From: an uncultured Pseudomonadota bacterium
GTDB lineage: Bacteria > Pseudomonadota > Alphaproteobacteria > RF32 > CAG-239
Assembly: GCA_949292375.1 (NCBI GenBank)
Contig: CASEZG010000003.1
Location: forward strand, 5,510 to 69,509
DNA: 64,000 bases
Direction: 5' to 3'
Position 1 is the first letter of the stretch. Every line of letters begins with the position of its first letter. Position numbers and translations under genes: made by a program. Below, one piece after another: positions 9,336 to 19,888 of this stretch. Under the pieces are notes generated by a model. The model was not told the DNA's origin and made no database searches. It saw only the letters and a list, made by a program, of their open reading frames with translations.

Positions 9336-10178
9336 ATGACAGACGTAAACGCATTAAACGGTTACACACAGACAGGGACGACGACCAACACCGCCTCTCA
9401 GAATCTGTCGGCGGATATGAACACCTTTCTGACTTTGTTAACCACACAATTAAAATATCAAGATCCGTTGGATCCTATGGATACGGCAGAATTTACCAAC
9501 CAATTGGTTCAATATTCAAGCGTAGAGCAAGCCATCCAAACCAACGAGAAACTTGATGATTTGTTGAGTATGAATATTGCTAATTTAGGAGCTCAAGCAG
9601 TTTCTTATATCGGTAAGGTAGCTCAAGTAATGGGTAACGTAATGCCTTTAGAAGGCGGCAAAGCCAAGGCAACCTATACTTTGGATAAAAATGTTGTAAA
9701 CACAACGATTGTTGTAAAAGACATGAACGGCAATATTGTCTATTCAGAACAAGGAAAAATGACCTCTGGTACGCATGAATTTACTTGGGATGGTAAAGAT
9801 GCTAACGGCAATCAGTTAGAAGACGGAGCCTATAAGATAGAGGTCACCACCAAAGTTGCGAGCGGAGAAACTGCAGCCAATGTTGTTACGACGGTATTTG
9901 GCCGGGTGACAGGCGTTGCCAGCGATTCCAGTGGCGTTTATGTTGGCTTAGGTGATGCCGTAACCGCTGCTTTAGGTGATATTCTGACTGTTCGAAACGA
10001 TGATTATTTTAACAAGGATGACGGCGCAACCGGTGGAGATGGAGATACCGGTGGCGACGGGAATACAACCCCACCTGAAGAAGGGGGCGACGAAGACGGT
10101 GCTCTGGAAACGGCAGCAGCTGTCTTTGGGCGGGCCGCAGGAGAGGCTGTTAAAGCAGCAGCCTTCGGTTTGATTTAA
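9336..10178 (+). CDS. flgD: Flagellar hook capping/assembly protein FlgD
   Basis: FLTLLTTQLKYQDPLDPMD..FTNQLVQYSSVEQ signature and FlgD Ig-like region (YKIEV). Has an unusual Gly/Asp-rich C-terminal tail. Confidence 0.92.
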   Translation: MTDVNALNGYTQTGTTTNTASQNLSADMNTFLTLLTTQLKYQDPLDPMDTAEFTNQLVQYSSVEQAIQTNEKLDDLLSMNIANLGAQAVSYIGKVAQVMGNVMPLEGGKAKATYTLDKNVVNTTIVVKDMNGNIVYSEQGKMTSGTHEFTWDGKDANGNQLEDGAYKIEVTTKVASGETAANVVTTVFGRVTGVASDSSGVYVGLGDAVTAALGDILTVRNDDYFNKDDGATGGDGDTGGDGNTTPPEEGGDEDGALETAAAVFGRAAGEAVKAAAFGLI

Positions 10179-10199
10179 TAGAACTTTAGGAGAGAGAAA

Positions 10200-12458
10200 A
10201 TGAGTATTTTTGGTGCAATGCAATCCGGTATTTCGGCTTTGGCATCCCAGTCTAGTTCGATGGGCGCCATCTCCGATAATATCGCCAACGTAAACACCGT
10301 AGGTTACAAAAACAACTCAGTTGCTTTTTCAACCTTGGTGACCAAACAAACATCATCAAGTCTGTATTCACCGGGCGGTGTGCAGTCTGGACCAAAGCAG
10401 AGCATTAGTGCTCAAGGTCTGCTTTCTGCAACATCAAATTCAACGGATGTCGCAATCAGCGGTTCAGGTTTCTTTGTTGTAAACCAAGCGGCCAATCCTG
10501 GTGAGGGAGATTTATGGGCTTATACCAGAGCAGGTAGCTTTTCTGTTGACCAAAACGGATTCTTGAAGAATACCGGTGGCTACTATGCACAGGCTTGGTC
10601 ACTTCTGCCATGGGATGGCAATCCAAATGCCACAGTTGTGGATGTAAACGGCATCAAATATATGAAAGCTTACTATGATTCTGCCGGTAATACGGTTTAT
10701 ATCAATGATAATATTATTGACGGAACAAACTTGCGTCCGGTTAATTTGTCAAACATTGGTGGTACGGCAACTCCGACACATCAAATCAGTTTGGGTGCAA
10801 ACTTGCCGTCTTCAGACCCGATTTATGATCCGACCAATGCTGCAGCTGGTGGAAAGCGTAAGGTTTCGGCCCTGATTTATGATAGTTTGGGCAATGCTAG
10901 CAACATGAGCTTGGAATATACCAAAACAAGTTCTAACGGTTGGTCAATGGGCGCATCTGTTCCGAGCGGAGCCTCTAGTGTAACCTTGTATGGTGGAAGA
11001 GAAACCTCTGGAGATGTAAACCAAGATGTTTACTATGCAGCTGGACAATTGGAATTTACGAAGATTCCTGAGAATGGTTCAAGCATTGCGATTACAGATG
11101 CCGGAACAGGCGTAACCTATAACTTTATCTTCACTAACGGTACGGCCACAATTCCGCCAGATGCCGGACAAAATAAGTACATTGCGGTAGATATTGCAAC
11201 AGGCATTATTACGACAAACGATTTTGTTCAAGCATTTGAAACAGCATTAAGAGAGAATATGCCGTCTGCAAATCGTTTCACGGCAGATGCTAGTAGTATT
11301 CAGATTGTACAATCTGTTGCGGGGTCAGCATTGACAATTGATGCAAGCAAAACCTTGGCTTGTGTTCAGAGTGCGACCAATCCGGCTCAAGATACCGGAA
11401 TTCCGACGGGCGTATTCACCATTCAAGCTATTGATGATGATATCAAAAATACGGCTCGTATTGATTTCACATCAACAACAGCTTCAGATTATCTGAACAA
11501 AACTATTACGCTTGATGGAAAAACCTATCATTTTGTAAACACAGATACACCCGATACTCCGGATGACGGAAACTACTATATAAATATTTCCGACGCCATT
11601 AGTGGTGGAGATGTTAATCCGACCAAATTGGTAGCCCTCTTGGGTGCTAAGCTGAACTCTACGGCAAGCGAGCCATCAAGATTTATTGCCAGCGGTTCAT
11701 CTTTGGAGATTATGCCGAGCTCAACCGGTGGAGATATTGCAATTGACACCACGGATTTGGGAACAGCAATTAATGGTATTGTAAGAGATAAAGACTTGAA
11801 TACCTGGAAATCAATTCAAAATACGACAGCAACTTTAGCTAACCAGTTTACGGTAAACGGAACTGAGGTTGAGCAAGGGGCTGTAGTTCCGGCAGTTCGT
11901 TTCAATGCTGATGGTACACCGAAATATTTCTATGTAGACGAAATGGCAATTGAATGGGCTAATGGAGCTCAAAATATGGATGGCGACCCGGATAACGGAA
12001 CCCGCATCACTCTTGATATGGGTAACGTCGGTACCAACGATGGTTTGACCAACTTATCCGGCGATTTCTTAACCAACTACATCAATCAAGATGGTGCGAA
12101 GTTTGGTAGTTATACCGGCGTAAGCATCAGCGAAGACGGCGTTGTAACAGCCTTGTTTGATAATGGTGAAACACGTCCGATAGCCATCTTGCCGTTAGCA
12201 ACTTTTGCCAACGCAGAAGGTATGGATGCTCTGACCGGTAATACCTGGATTGAAACAGACGCATCAGGTCAGGCTATGTTAAGACAAGCCGGAACCAACG
12301 GCGCGGGTGAGATTACCGCTTATTCATTGGAATCTTCAAACGTTGACTTGGCAACAGAGTTTTCTAACATGATTGTGACTCAAAGAGCTTATTCTGCCGC
12401 GACCAAGATTATTACTACGGCAGATGAGATGTTAGATGAACTCACCCGTATGACATAG
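10200..12458 (+). CDS. flgE: Flagellar hook protein FlgE (long form)
   Basis: N-terminal MSIFGAMQSGISAL..ISDNIANVNTVGYK and C-terminal LESSNVDLATEFSNMIVTQRAYSA axial-protein signatures. A large central insertion gives 752 aa. Confidence 0.92.
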   Translation: MSIFGAMQSGISALASQSSSMGAISDNIANVNTVGYKNNSVAFSTLVTKQTSSSLYSPGGVQSGPKQSISAQGLLSATSNSTDVAISGSGFFVVNQAANPGEGDLWAYTRAGSFSVDQNGFLKNTGGYYAQAWSLLPWDGNPNATVVDVNGIKYMKAYYDSAGNTVYINDNIIDGTNLRPVNLSNIGGTATPTHQISLGANLPSSDPIYDPTNAAAGGKRKVSALIYDSLGNASNMSLEYTKTSSNGWSMGASVPSGASSVTLYGGRETSGDVNQDVYYAAGQLEFTKIPENGSSIAITDAGTGVTYNFIFTNGTATIPPDAGQNKYIAVDIATGIITTNDFVQAFETALRENMPSANRFTADASSIQIVQSVAGSALTIDASKTLACVQSATNPAQDTGIPTGVFTIQAIDDDIKNTARIDFTSTTASDYLNKTITLDGKTYHFVNTDTPDTPDDGNYYINISDAISGGDVNPTKLVALLGAKLNSTASEPSRFIASGSSLEIMPSSTGGDIAIDTTDLGTAINGIVRDKDLNTWKSIQNTTATLANQFTVNGTEVEQGAVVPAVRFNADGTPKYFYVDEMAIEWANGAQNMDGDPDNGTRITLDMGNVGTNDGLTNLSGDFLTNYINQDGAKFGSYTGVSISEDGVVTALFDNGETRPIAILPLATFANAEGMDALTGNTWIETDASGQAMLRQAGTNGAGEITAYSLESSNVDLATEFSNMIVTQRAYSAATKIITTADEMLDELTRMT

Positions 12459-12499
12459 AATTAAGAATAATTCTAAAAACAAAAATTTCTCCCCTAAAG

Positions 12500-12528
12500 A
12501 AAAGACCGCCAGAAGGCGGTCTTTTTTA
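12500..12528 (+). terminator. Rho-independent terminator after flgE
   Basis: AGACCGCC-agaa-GGCGGTCT stem followed by T6. Confidence 0.85.
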
Positions 12529-12638
12529 ATTTAAATAAAAAGGGCTTGTGAATATATGTTAATTAATCGTTTTAATCTGAGAAAAATTAAGTTAATACAT
12601 AAAACAAATGGGGAAATATAAAGTATTTATTTTATAGA

Positions 12639-14270
12639 TTGGGGAATCTAGTGAATAATTTTATACAGAATATCAAAAATTTGTCGCCCGGACGTTTGGC
12701 GTCAATAGCTGCTGTTGCAATTTTTTTGATAAGTTTTTTTGTTTATTTGGCAACAAAACTCAATACCGGCGATTATGCCATTTTATATACAGACTTGGAA
12801 ATGGAAGATGCGAAACAGATTGTTCAGCATCTGGAAACCGCCAATATTAAATATCGTTTAACCAAAAATGGTACGGAAATTTTGGTTCCGCAAGAAGTTG
12901 TCAATAAAATGCGCATTGACACGGCGGATTTAGCACTTGCTTCCAAAGGAGCAAATGTCGGATATGAGATTTTCGACCACACGGATGCACTAGGTTCAAC
13001 TAATTTTGTTCAAAATGTAAATCTGGTCAGAGCTTTGGAGGGAGAGTTGGCTCGGACAATTCGTTCGGTCGACCATATAAAATCCGCGAGAGTTCATTTG
13101 GTTTTGCCTAAACGCGAGATGTTTTCCCGAGAAGAACAAGTGCCGACGGCATCTGTTGTTATAAAAACGGATGGTGGTCAATTAAGTCTTGAAAATATTC
13201 GCTCTATTCAGCAGCTTGTTTCGGCAGCCGTTCCGAAGCTTGATGTTAAAAATGTTTCAATTGTAGATAGCAACGGCAATTTGTTAACAAATGATTTTGA
13301 AGATGAAGAGGCTGTAAAAGTTGCTAATAACGAGGCTCTGCGTTTGGAACAAGAACGCAAAATGTCGCAGCAAGTTCAAAATTTATTGGAAAAGAGTATC
13401 GGCGAAGGCAAGGTTAGAGCACAAGTAAATCTGGAGATGGATTTTGATCAGGTTGTCACCAATGAAGAAATTTATGATCCTGATTCTCAAGTCGTTCGTT
13501 CTCAAGCAACGGTTACGGATAATTCCACCAGCAATGAGATGGAACAACCAGTCAGTGTTGCGCAAAATATTCCCAACGGAGATGTCATCACAGACGGAAG
13601 CGGTACTGTGAGCCAAAAGTCTCGTATGGAAGAAACCATAAATTATGAAATATCCAAGATAGTCCGCAATAAAGTTAAAAATAGCGGAACAATAAAAAGA
13701 CTGGGTGTTGCCGTTGTTGTTGATGGTGTTTATGAACGCAACAGTGAAGGAAAATTGGTTTACAGAAGTCGTTCACCGGAGGAAATGGAACAGATTCGCT
13801 CTTTGGTAAAGTCTGCAGTCGGCTTTGATGCTGAACGAGGAGATTTGGTCGAAGTTGCCAATATGCAGTTTGCCTCCAATCAGCCGGAAGTTGAAATGGT
13901 GGAAGAAGTCTTGATTATGGGCTTCACCAAAGACGAGCTGATTCGTATAGCAGAGGGAATAGGCGTTGCGATAGTTGCTATATTGGTCATTTTGTTAGTT
14001 ATTCGTCCGCTTATCAACAATGCTTTTGAAACAAATGCGGCAGGAGGAGAGGGACGCTTGCTTGGAGATAACGCAGAAGAAGATAATTTGCTCTTATCTA
14101 ACTTCTTAAATGAAGAAGACAGCGAAATTGAGGAGCTTATTAATATGAACAAGATTGATGGTCGTATCAAAGTTTCCTCACTTAAGAAGATTAATGATAT
14201 AGTTGAAAAGAATCCCGATGCTGCGGTCAATATTATCCGTGGATGGCTCTATTCAAATGATGGAAATTAG
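12639..14270 (+). CDS. fliF: Flagellar MS-ring protein FliF
   Basis: 543 aa with N-terminal TM, YscJ/FliF domain (..GYEIFD..LVRALEGELARTI..SARVHLVLP) and C-terminal TM. Start uncertain (TTG 12639 or GTG 12651). Confidence 0.93.
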   Translation: MGNLVNNFIQNIKNLSPGRLASIAAVAIFLISFFVYLATKLNTGDYAILYTDLEMEDAKQIVQHLETANIKYRLTKNGTEILVPQEVVNKMRIDTADLALASKGANVGYEIFDHTDALGSTNFVQNVNLVRALEGELARTIRSVDHIKSARVHLVLPKREMFSREEQVPTASVVIKTDGGQLSLENIRSIQQLVSAAVPKLDVKNVSIVDSNGNLLTNDFEDEEAVKVANNEALRLEQERKMSQQVQNLLEKSIGEGKVRAQVNLEMDFDQVVTNEEIYDPDSQVVRSQATVTDNSTSNEMEQPVSVAQNIPNGDVITDGSGTVSQKSRMEETINYEISKIVRNKVKNSGTIKRLGVAVVVDGVYERNSEGKLVYRSRSPEEMEQIRSLVKSAVGFDAERGDLVEVANMQFASNQPEVEMVEEVLIMGFTKDELIRIAEGIGVAIVAILVILLVIRPLINNAFETNAAGGEGRLLGDNAEEDNLLLSNFLNEEDSEIEELINMNKIDGRIKVSSLKKINDIVEKNPDAAVNIIRGWLYSNDGN

Positions 14271-14285
14271 GATTGGAAATTCGTT

Positions 14286-15308
14286 ATGAAACAAAATGTA
14301 ATAGATGATTATAATTTACTTTCCGGACAACAAAAAGCCGCAATCCTCATGATGTCTTTGGATGAAGACAAATCCGCCCAAATATTTTCTCTGATGGATG
14401 ATGAGGAAATTAAGGAGCTTTCCGTCATAATGGCAAGCTTGGGCAAGGTGAACTCAAACGTTGTTGATCAGTTGTTTCAGGAGTTTACGGAGAAATCTGC
14501 CAATACGGGAGCACTTATCGGTACATTTGAAAGCACGGAACGTTTGTTGGCAAAAACTTTGGATAAAGACAGAGTTGCGGCCATTATGGAAGAAATCAGC
14601 GGTCCGGCAGGCCGTACGATGTGGGATAAATTGGGTAATGTTAATGAGCATGTTTTGGCCAATTATTTGAAAAATGAATATCCGCAAACGATTGCCGTCA
14701 TCCTATCCAAAATTAAGGCAGAACATGCCGCAAAAGTTATTGCCTTATTGCCGGAAAACTTTGCAATGGAAATTGTTATGCGCATGTTGCGTATGGATTC
14801 TGTTCAAAAAGAAGTTTTAGATGGTTTGGAAAAGACCTTGCGCAAAGAGTTTATGTCAAACTTGTCTAAGTCCACACGTCGTGATTCTCATGAGCTTATT
14901 GCCGATATTTTCAATTCATTGGACCGCAATACGGAAGGTCGCTTTATGGAGGCGTTGGAAGAGCGCAACCGAGAAAGTGCTGAGCGTGTTAAATCTCTTA
15001 TGTTCACGTTTGAAGATTTGGTTCGTGTCGATTCTCAGGGTATTCAGATTCTGTTGCGTAATGTAGACAAAGATAAGTTGGCGATTGCCTTAAAAGGTGC
15101 TTCGGATACGATTAAAGATTTGTTCTTCAGCAACATGTCTTCACGTGCAGGAAAGATTATCAAGGAAGATATGGAAGCCATGGGGCCTGTCCGTCTGCGC
15201 GATGTAGAAGAAGCTCAACAATACATTGTTACTACGACCAAAGAGCTTTCCAATGCCGGCGAGATAGTCATCAGCGAAGGCAAAGAAAACGACGAGTTGA
15301 TTTACTAG
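14286..15308 (+). CDS. fliG: Flagellar motor switch protein FliG
   Basis: 340 aa. GQQKAAILMMSL.., typical middle and C-terminal FliG domains (..FTFEDL.., ..MSSRAGKIIKEDME). Confidence 0.95.
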   Translation: MKQNVIDDYNLLSGQQKAAILMMSLDEDKSAQIFSLMDDEEIKELSVIMASLGKVNSNVVDQLFQEFTEKSANTGALIGTFESTERLLAKTLDKDRVAAIMEEISGPAGRTMWDKLGNVNEHVLANYLKNEYPQTIAVILSKIKAEHAAKVIALLPENFAMEIVMRMLRMDSVQKEVLDGLEKTLRKEFMSNLSKSTRRDSHELIADIFNSLDRNTEGRFMEALEERNRESAERVKSLMFTFEDLVRVDSQGIQILLRNVDKDKLAIALKGASDTIKDLFFSNMSSRAGKIIKEDMEAMGPVRLRDVEEAQQYIVTTTKELSNAGEIVISEGKENDELIY

Positions 15309-15321
15309 CGGATAGAAGGCG

Positions 15322-16059
15322 ATGGCAGAGCTTAGAAAATTTCTGTTTGATAATTTTGTCATTGAAGACAAAAAAAAAGCCCAACCAATTCCGGAGCCGA
15401 TAGAGCCGGAAGAGGAAGTCGAAGCTTTGCCTGAAGCCGAGCCGGAGCCAGCCCCGATTGAGGTCGAGCCGGAGCCTATGGTGGAAGAAGCCGAACCTGA
15501 GCCAGAAATTATCACATTCACGGAAGAAGAAGTTGCCGAGAAAGTAAAAAATGCAGAGCAGGAAGCTTTTGAAAAAGGTTATAAGGCGGCACAAGAGAGT
15601 ATTGAACAAAATACCAAAGAATTATTAGAAACCATAAATACTAAATTGATAGCTATAATAGCGAACTCAAACAAGGCGGAAGAAAAGGCTGAACACGAAG
15701 TCTTCACTTTGGCAAAAGCTGTTGTAGACAAGCTTGTTCCAGGGTTAAATGATGAATATGCCACAGAAATTGTGAACAAATTTATTAAAGATAATTTCAA
15801 CAGTTTTAAGAATGAATCAAAATTATCTTTCTATATTCATCCCGATATTATATCATATGTGCAGGAAACGATAGCCAAGCTTGCAAACAGCTATGATTTC
15901 GAGGGCAAGATTTCGTTGCATAAAGATGCAGGCTTGGGTAAGGCAGATTGTCGGATTGAGTGGGAAAACGGTGGTGTTGAAAGAAATTCCGCCGAACTGA
16001 GTGAAAGAGTTAAGGATTTATTGGCGGAAGAACCTGAAGGGAAAAATGAAAATGAGTGA
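15322..16059 (+). CDS. fliH: Flagellar assembly protein FliH (FlbE-position gene)
   Basis: Position between fliG and fliN as in the Caulobacter fliF operon. Pro/Glu-rich linker then FliH-like C-terminal domain (..CRIEWENGGVER). Confidence 0.75.
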   Translation: MAELRKFLFDNFVIEDKKKAQPIPEPIEPEEEVEALPEAEPEPAPIEVEPEPMVEEAEPEPEIITFTEEEVAEKVKNAEQEAFEKGYKAAQESIEQNTKELLETINTKLIAIIANSNKAEEKAEHEVFTLAKAVVDKLVPGLNDEYATEIVNKFIKDNFNSFKNESKLSFYIHPDIISYVQETIAKLANSYDFEGKISLHKDAGLGKADCRIEWENGGVERNSAELSERVKDLLAEEPEGKNENE

Positions 16060-16405
16060 GAATTTAGAGTTAGATGAGTTGAGTGAGAGTGCCGGAATGG
16101 ATGATGATCCGGTTCTCAAAAAAGACAATCTGGATGATAATTTTGATATTCCGAGTTCAGCTAGTGATTTGGAAGCTGTTTATGATATTCCGGTTAAGGT
16201 TTCTGCGATTTTAGGCAAGACCAAGATGAAGGTAAGCCAGTTGTTAAAACTTAACAAGGGTGCGATTATAGAGCTGGATCGTAAAGTCGGCGAGGCTATA
16301 GATATTTATGTTAATAATAATCTGGTTGCCAGAGGCGAGGTCGTTGTCGTAGACGACAAATTAGGAATAACAATGACCGAGATTGTCAAGTCGGTAACCA
16401 AATAG
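16046..16405 (+). CDS. fliN: Flagellar motor switch protein FliN
   Basis: C-terminal SpoA domain (IPVKVSAILGKTKMKVSQLLKLNKGAIIELDRKVGEAIDIYVNNNLVARGEVVVVDDKLGITMTEI). The ATG overlaps the end of fliH. Confidence 0.9.
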   Translation: MKMSENLELDELSESAGMDDDPVLKKDNLDDNFDIPSSASDLEAVYDIPVKVSAILGKTKMKVSQLLKLNKGAIIELDRKVGEAIDIYVNNNLVARGEVVVVDDKLGITMTEIVKSVTK

Positions 16406-16416
16406 GGTACAATAAG

Positions 16417-17733
16417 ATGGAATTGTTGATTGTCGGAACTTTGGACGGGCAAATAGGTGCAGCAAGTAAGATTGCCATAGCGCAAGGCGGACATGTGTCT
16501 TTGGCAGACAAGATAGAAAACGCCTTAGATATTTTGCGTTCCGGCAAAAACATTGAGTTAGTAATGATAGATGTCAAACTTGATGTTCACAAGTTCATCT
16601 CAAGTTTAGAAAATGAACGTATAAATGTTTTGGTCGTTGCGGCAGGTGTTTCCAATGACCCTGCTTTAGCCGTAAATGCGATTAAAGCCGGCGCAAAGGA
16701 GTATATTCCCTTACCTCCCGATCCTGAGCTTATAGGTGCGGTTTTGGCTGCGGCCACAAGAGAAAATCATGCCCTGATTTACGGAGATAAAAAAACCGAA
16801 CAGGTTTTGAAGTTAGCAAAACAGATTGCTCCGTCCGAAGCCAATGTTTTGTTAACGGGAGAGTCCGGTACGGGTAAAGAAATTTTTTCACGTTTTGTAC
16901 ATGACAATTCCAAAAGGGCAAATAAGAAATTTGTTGCGGTTAACTGTGCTGCAATTCCCGAAACCTTATTAGAATCAGAGCTTTTTGGCTATGAAAAAGG
17001 TGCGTTTACGGGAGCGGTAGCAAGACGTATCGGAAAGTTTGAGGAAGCCTCTGGCGGAACATTATTGTTAGATGAAATTTCAGAAATGGATATCAGAATA
17101 CAAGCAAAGTTGCTGAGAGCCATTCAAGAAAAAGAGATAGACCGCATCGGCGGCAAAGCCCCCATAAAGGTAGATACAAGAATTATCGCAACATCAAATC
17201 GCAATTTAGATGAAGCCGTAAAAAACGGCACTTTCAGACAAGATTTATATTATCGTTTGAATGTAGTTAATATCAATATTCCGCCTTTAAGAGAGCGTGC
17301 GGATGATATCATTGTCTTAGCTAAGCACTTTGTTAAGAAATATTCCGAGCTCAATGACATTGAAATAAAGCCGATAGCCAAATCAGCCGAAGAAAAATTG
17401 CTTAACTATCTGTGGCCGGGTAATGTGCGCGAACTGGAAAATACAATACATAGAGCCGTATTGTTGAGCACGGGCAAAGAGATTGATGAAAATGCAGTTA
17501 TTCTTGATTCTCCGGATTCCGTTATCAATAAGAGTGAAGGAGAAGTAATGACCGGAGCCGAGTTCGTCGGAAATACGGTTGCGAATATGGAACGTAATTT
17601 AATAATTGATACGCTGAAACATACAATGGGCAATCGAACCGTTGCCGCAAATATTCTGGGTATATCGATTCGCACATTAAGAAACAAATTAAAACAGTAT
17701 GAGAGCGAAGGCTTCAGTATTCCGGAAAATTAG
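16417..17733 (+). CDS. flbD: Sigma-54-dependent flagellar activator FlbD
   Basis: N-terminus aligns with Caulobacter FlbD ([31 protein letters not shown]). AAA+ core has GESGTGKE and an intact GAFTGA. C-terminal HTH present. Confidence 0.88.
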   Translation: MELLIVGTLDGQIGAASKIAIAQGGHVSLADKIENALDILRSGKNIELVMIDVKLDVHKFISSLENERINVLVVAAGVSNDPALAVNAIKAGAKEYIPLPPDPELIGAVLAAATRENHALIYGDKKTEQVLKLAKQIAPSEANVLLTGESGTGKEIFSRFVHDNSKRANKKFVAVNCAAIPETLLESELFGYEKGAFTGAVARRIGKFEEASGGTLLLDEISEMDIRIQAKLLRAIQEKEIDRIGGKAPIKVDTRIIATSNRNLDEAVKNGTFRQDLYYRLNVVNINIPPLRERADDIIVLAKHFVKKYSELNDIEIKPIAKSAEEKLLNYLWPGNVRELENTIHRAVLLSTGKEIDENAVILDSPDSVINKSEGEVMTGAEFVGNTVANMERNLIIDTLKHTMGNRTVAANILGISIRTLRNKLKQYESEGFSIPEN

Positions 17734-17753
17734 AATAGGTAATTAAAACAGGT

Positions 17754-19877
17754 ATGGCAAAGAAACCGCAAAATAACGCCGCAATGTTCGGTGGTAAATC
17801 TTTCAAAGATTTGCTGATATCTTCCACCAAAAGGGGAGATATTTTGTTTGCGTTCGGTATTGTCTTGATGTTGGTTATCTTGATTTTGCCGATGCCTGCC
17901 TGGCTGTTGGATATTGCGCTGGCATTATCAATCACCATGGCTTGCATGGTTTTGATGACCGCCATTTTTATTGAAAAGCCGACCGAGTTTAGTGCATTTC
18001 CTTTAGTCTTGTTGATTACAACAATGTATCGTTTGGCACTGAACTTGGCATCAACCCGCCTGATTCTATCTCGAGGTCACTTAGGTCCCAGTGCTGCCGG
18101 TGAGGTTATTGAGGCATTCGGCGGCTTTATCATGGGCAACAGCTTTGTTATCGGTGTCATTGTTTTTGCAATTTTGGTTATCGTTAACTTCGTAGTTATC
18201 ACCAAAGGTTCCGGCCGCATTGCGGAAGTTGCCGCTCGTTTTGCATTGGATGCAATGCCCGGTAAACAAATGGCAATAGACGCCGATTTATCATCGGGAT
18301 TAATTACGGAAGAAGAAGCTCGCAGTCGCCGTGAAGATTTAGCCAAAGAAAGCTCTTTCTATGGAGCAATGGACGGTGCATCTAAGTTTGTGCGCGGAGA
18401 TGCGATAGCCGGTTTAATCATTACGCTGATTAATATTGTTGCCGGTATAATTATCGGTATGGTTCAAAATGATTTAAGCTTTTCGGAAGCGGCAGAAACC
18501 TATACGCGTCTAACGGTCGGTGATGGTCTGGTAGCGCAGGTTCCGGCCTTGATTATCTCAGTGGCCGCAGGTATCTTGGTTTCTAAAGCCGGAATGACTG
18601 ATGCCACGGACAAAGTTTTATTTGACCAATTGGCCAATTATCCGAAAGCTTTGGGTATGTCATCTTTCTTGGCTTTGGCTTTGGGAATGTTACCGGGTAC
18701 GCCTGCCTTCCCATTTGTGTTGTTGGCTACGTTGACAGGAGGCACGGCATATTATTTGAACAAGCAGCAACAAGAAGCCGCGGCACAAGCTCAAGCTGTT
18801 ATGGAACAGGAGAAAAAGCAAGGAGCTGCCGCGAAAGCAGCAGATGAGCCGATAGCCAACGCTCTAAGAATAGACCTGATTAGACTTGAAATAGGTTATG
18901 GTTTGTTACCTTTGATAAATGAAGAAACAAACAGAAAACTAACGGACCAGATTAAAGCCCTGCGTCGAGCACTGGCTTCCGAGCTTGGTTTTGTTATGCC
19001 CTCCATCCGCATTCAAGATAATATGCAGTTAGAGGCGAATGAGTACAACATTTACATTAAGGAAGTTAAGGCAGGCAAAGGAGAACTTCGTCCGACGCAG
19101 TTATTGGTTATGGACCCTCGGGGTGAGCCGATAACCTTGCCGGGAGAAACCACAACCGAGCCGACCTTTGGCTTAAAAGCCATGTGGGTGGATCAATCAT
19201 ATCGTGAAGAAGCGATGTTTAGAGGTTATACAGTTGTTGACCCGGCAACGGTTGTGACCACACATATTACTGAGTTGGTTAAAGATAATATGCCGGAGCT
19301 TCTGTCTTATGCCGAAACGCAAAAACTTCTGGATGAGATGGATAAAGACCAACAGAAACTGGTTAAAGAGCTTATTCCAAGCAAAGTCAGCCTTGGAGCG
19401 GTTCAGCGCATTTTGCAGAATCTACTGCAAGAGAGAGTTTCCATCAGAGATTTGCCAACCATATTGGAGGGAATATCTGAAGCTGTTTCAACAACGCGTT
19501 CATTGATGATGATAACCGAACATGTCCGCACACGACTGGCAAGACAATTGTCAAATGCCAATACAAACGAATTTGGAGTTATACCGTTGGTAACTTTATC
19601 TCCGGAATGGGAAAGGGCTTTTGCGGAATCAATAATCGGGGAGGGTGATGAGCGTCAGTTAGCGATGGCGCCGACAGCGTTGCAGAGTTTTATTACCAAG
19701 GTACGTAATGTCTTGGAAGACTTGGCCGTTAAAGGAGAAACGGCAGTCTTGCTGACAAGTCCGGCGATTCGTCCATTCGTTCGCTCCATCATTGAGCGTT
19801 TTAGACCTCTAACCGTAGTTATGTCGCAAAATGAAATTCACCCCAAAGCCAAGATTAAAACAGTCGGTCAGATTTAA
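17754..19877 (+). CDS. flhA: Flagellar export apparatus protein FlhA
   Basis: 707 aa. Multiple N-terminal TMs, the FHIPEP motif region (GRIAEVAARFALDAMPGKQMAIDADL) and a cytoplasmic C-terminal domain. Confidence 0.97.
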   Translation: MAKKPQNNAAMFGGKSFKDLLISSTKRGDILFAFGIVLMLVILILPMPAWLLDIALALSITMACMVLMTAIFIEKPTEFSAFPLVLLITTMYRLALNLASTRLILSRGHLGPSAAGEVIEAFGGFIMGNSFVIGVIVFAILVIVNFVVITKGSGRIAEVAARFALDAMPGKQMAIDADLSSGLITEEEARSRREDLAKESSFYGAMDGASKFVRGDAIAGLIITLINIVAGIIIGMVQNDLSFSEAAETYTRLTVGDGLVAQVPALIISVAAGILVSKAGMTDATDKVLFDQLANYPKALGMSSFLALALGMLPGTPAFPFVLLATLTGGTAYYLNKQQQEAAAQAQAVMEQEKKQGAAAKAADEPIANALRIDLIRLEIGYGLLPLINEETNRKLTDQIKALRRALASELGFVMPSIRIQDNMQLEANEYNIYIKEVKAGKGELRPTQLLVMDPRGEPITLPGETTTEPTFGLKAMWVDQSYREEAMFRGYTVVDPATVVTTHITELVKDNMPELLSYAETQKLLDEMDKDQQKLVKELIPSKVSLGAVQRILQNLLQERVSIRDLPTILEGISEAVSTTRSLMMITEHVRTRLARQLSNANTNEFGVIPLVTLSPEWERAFAESIIGEGDERQLAMAPTALQSFITKVRNVLEDLAVKGETAVLLTSPAIRPFVRSIIERFRPLTVVMSQNEIHPKAKIKTVGQI

Positions 19878-19888
19878 GGAGATAGGTT

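Noticed and set aside
12541-12600. CtrA-box (TTAA-N7-TTAA) upstream of fliF, and likewise upstream of flaF (7050-7085).
   Set aside because: Several TTAA tetramers are present, but none have the required 7-nt spacing (I found N5, N6, N9 and N11). In AT-rich DNA such tetramers are expected by chance.
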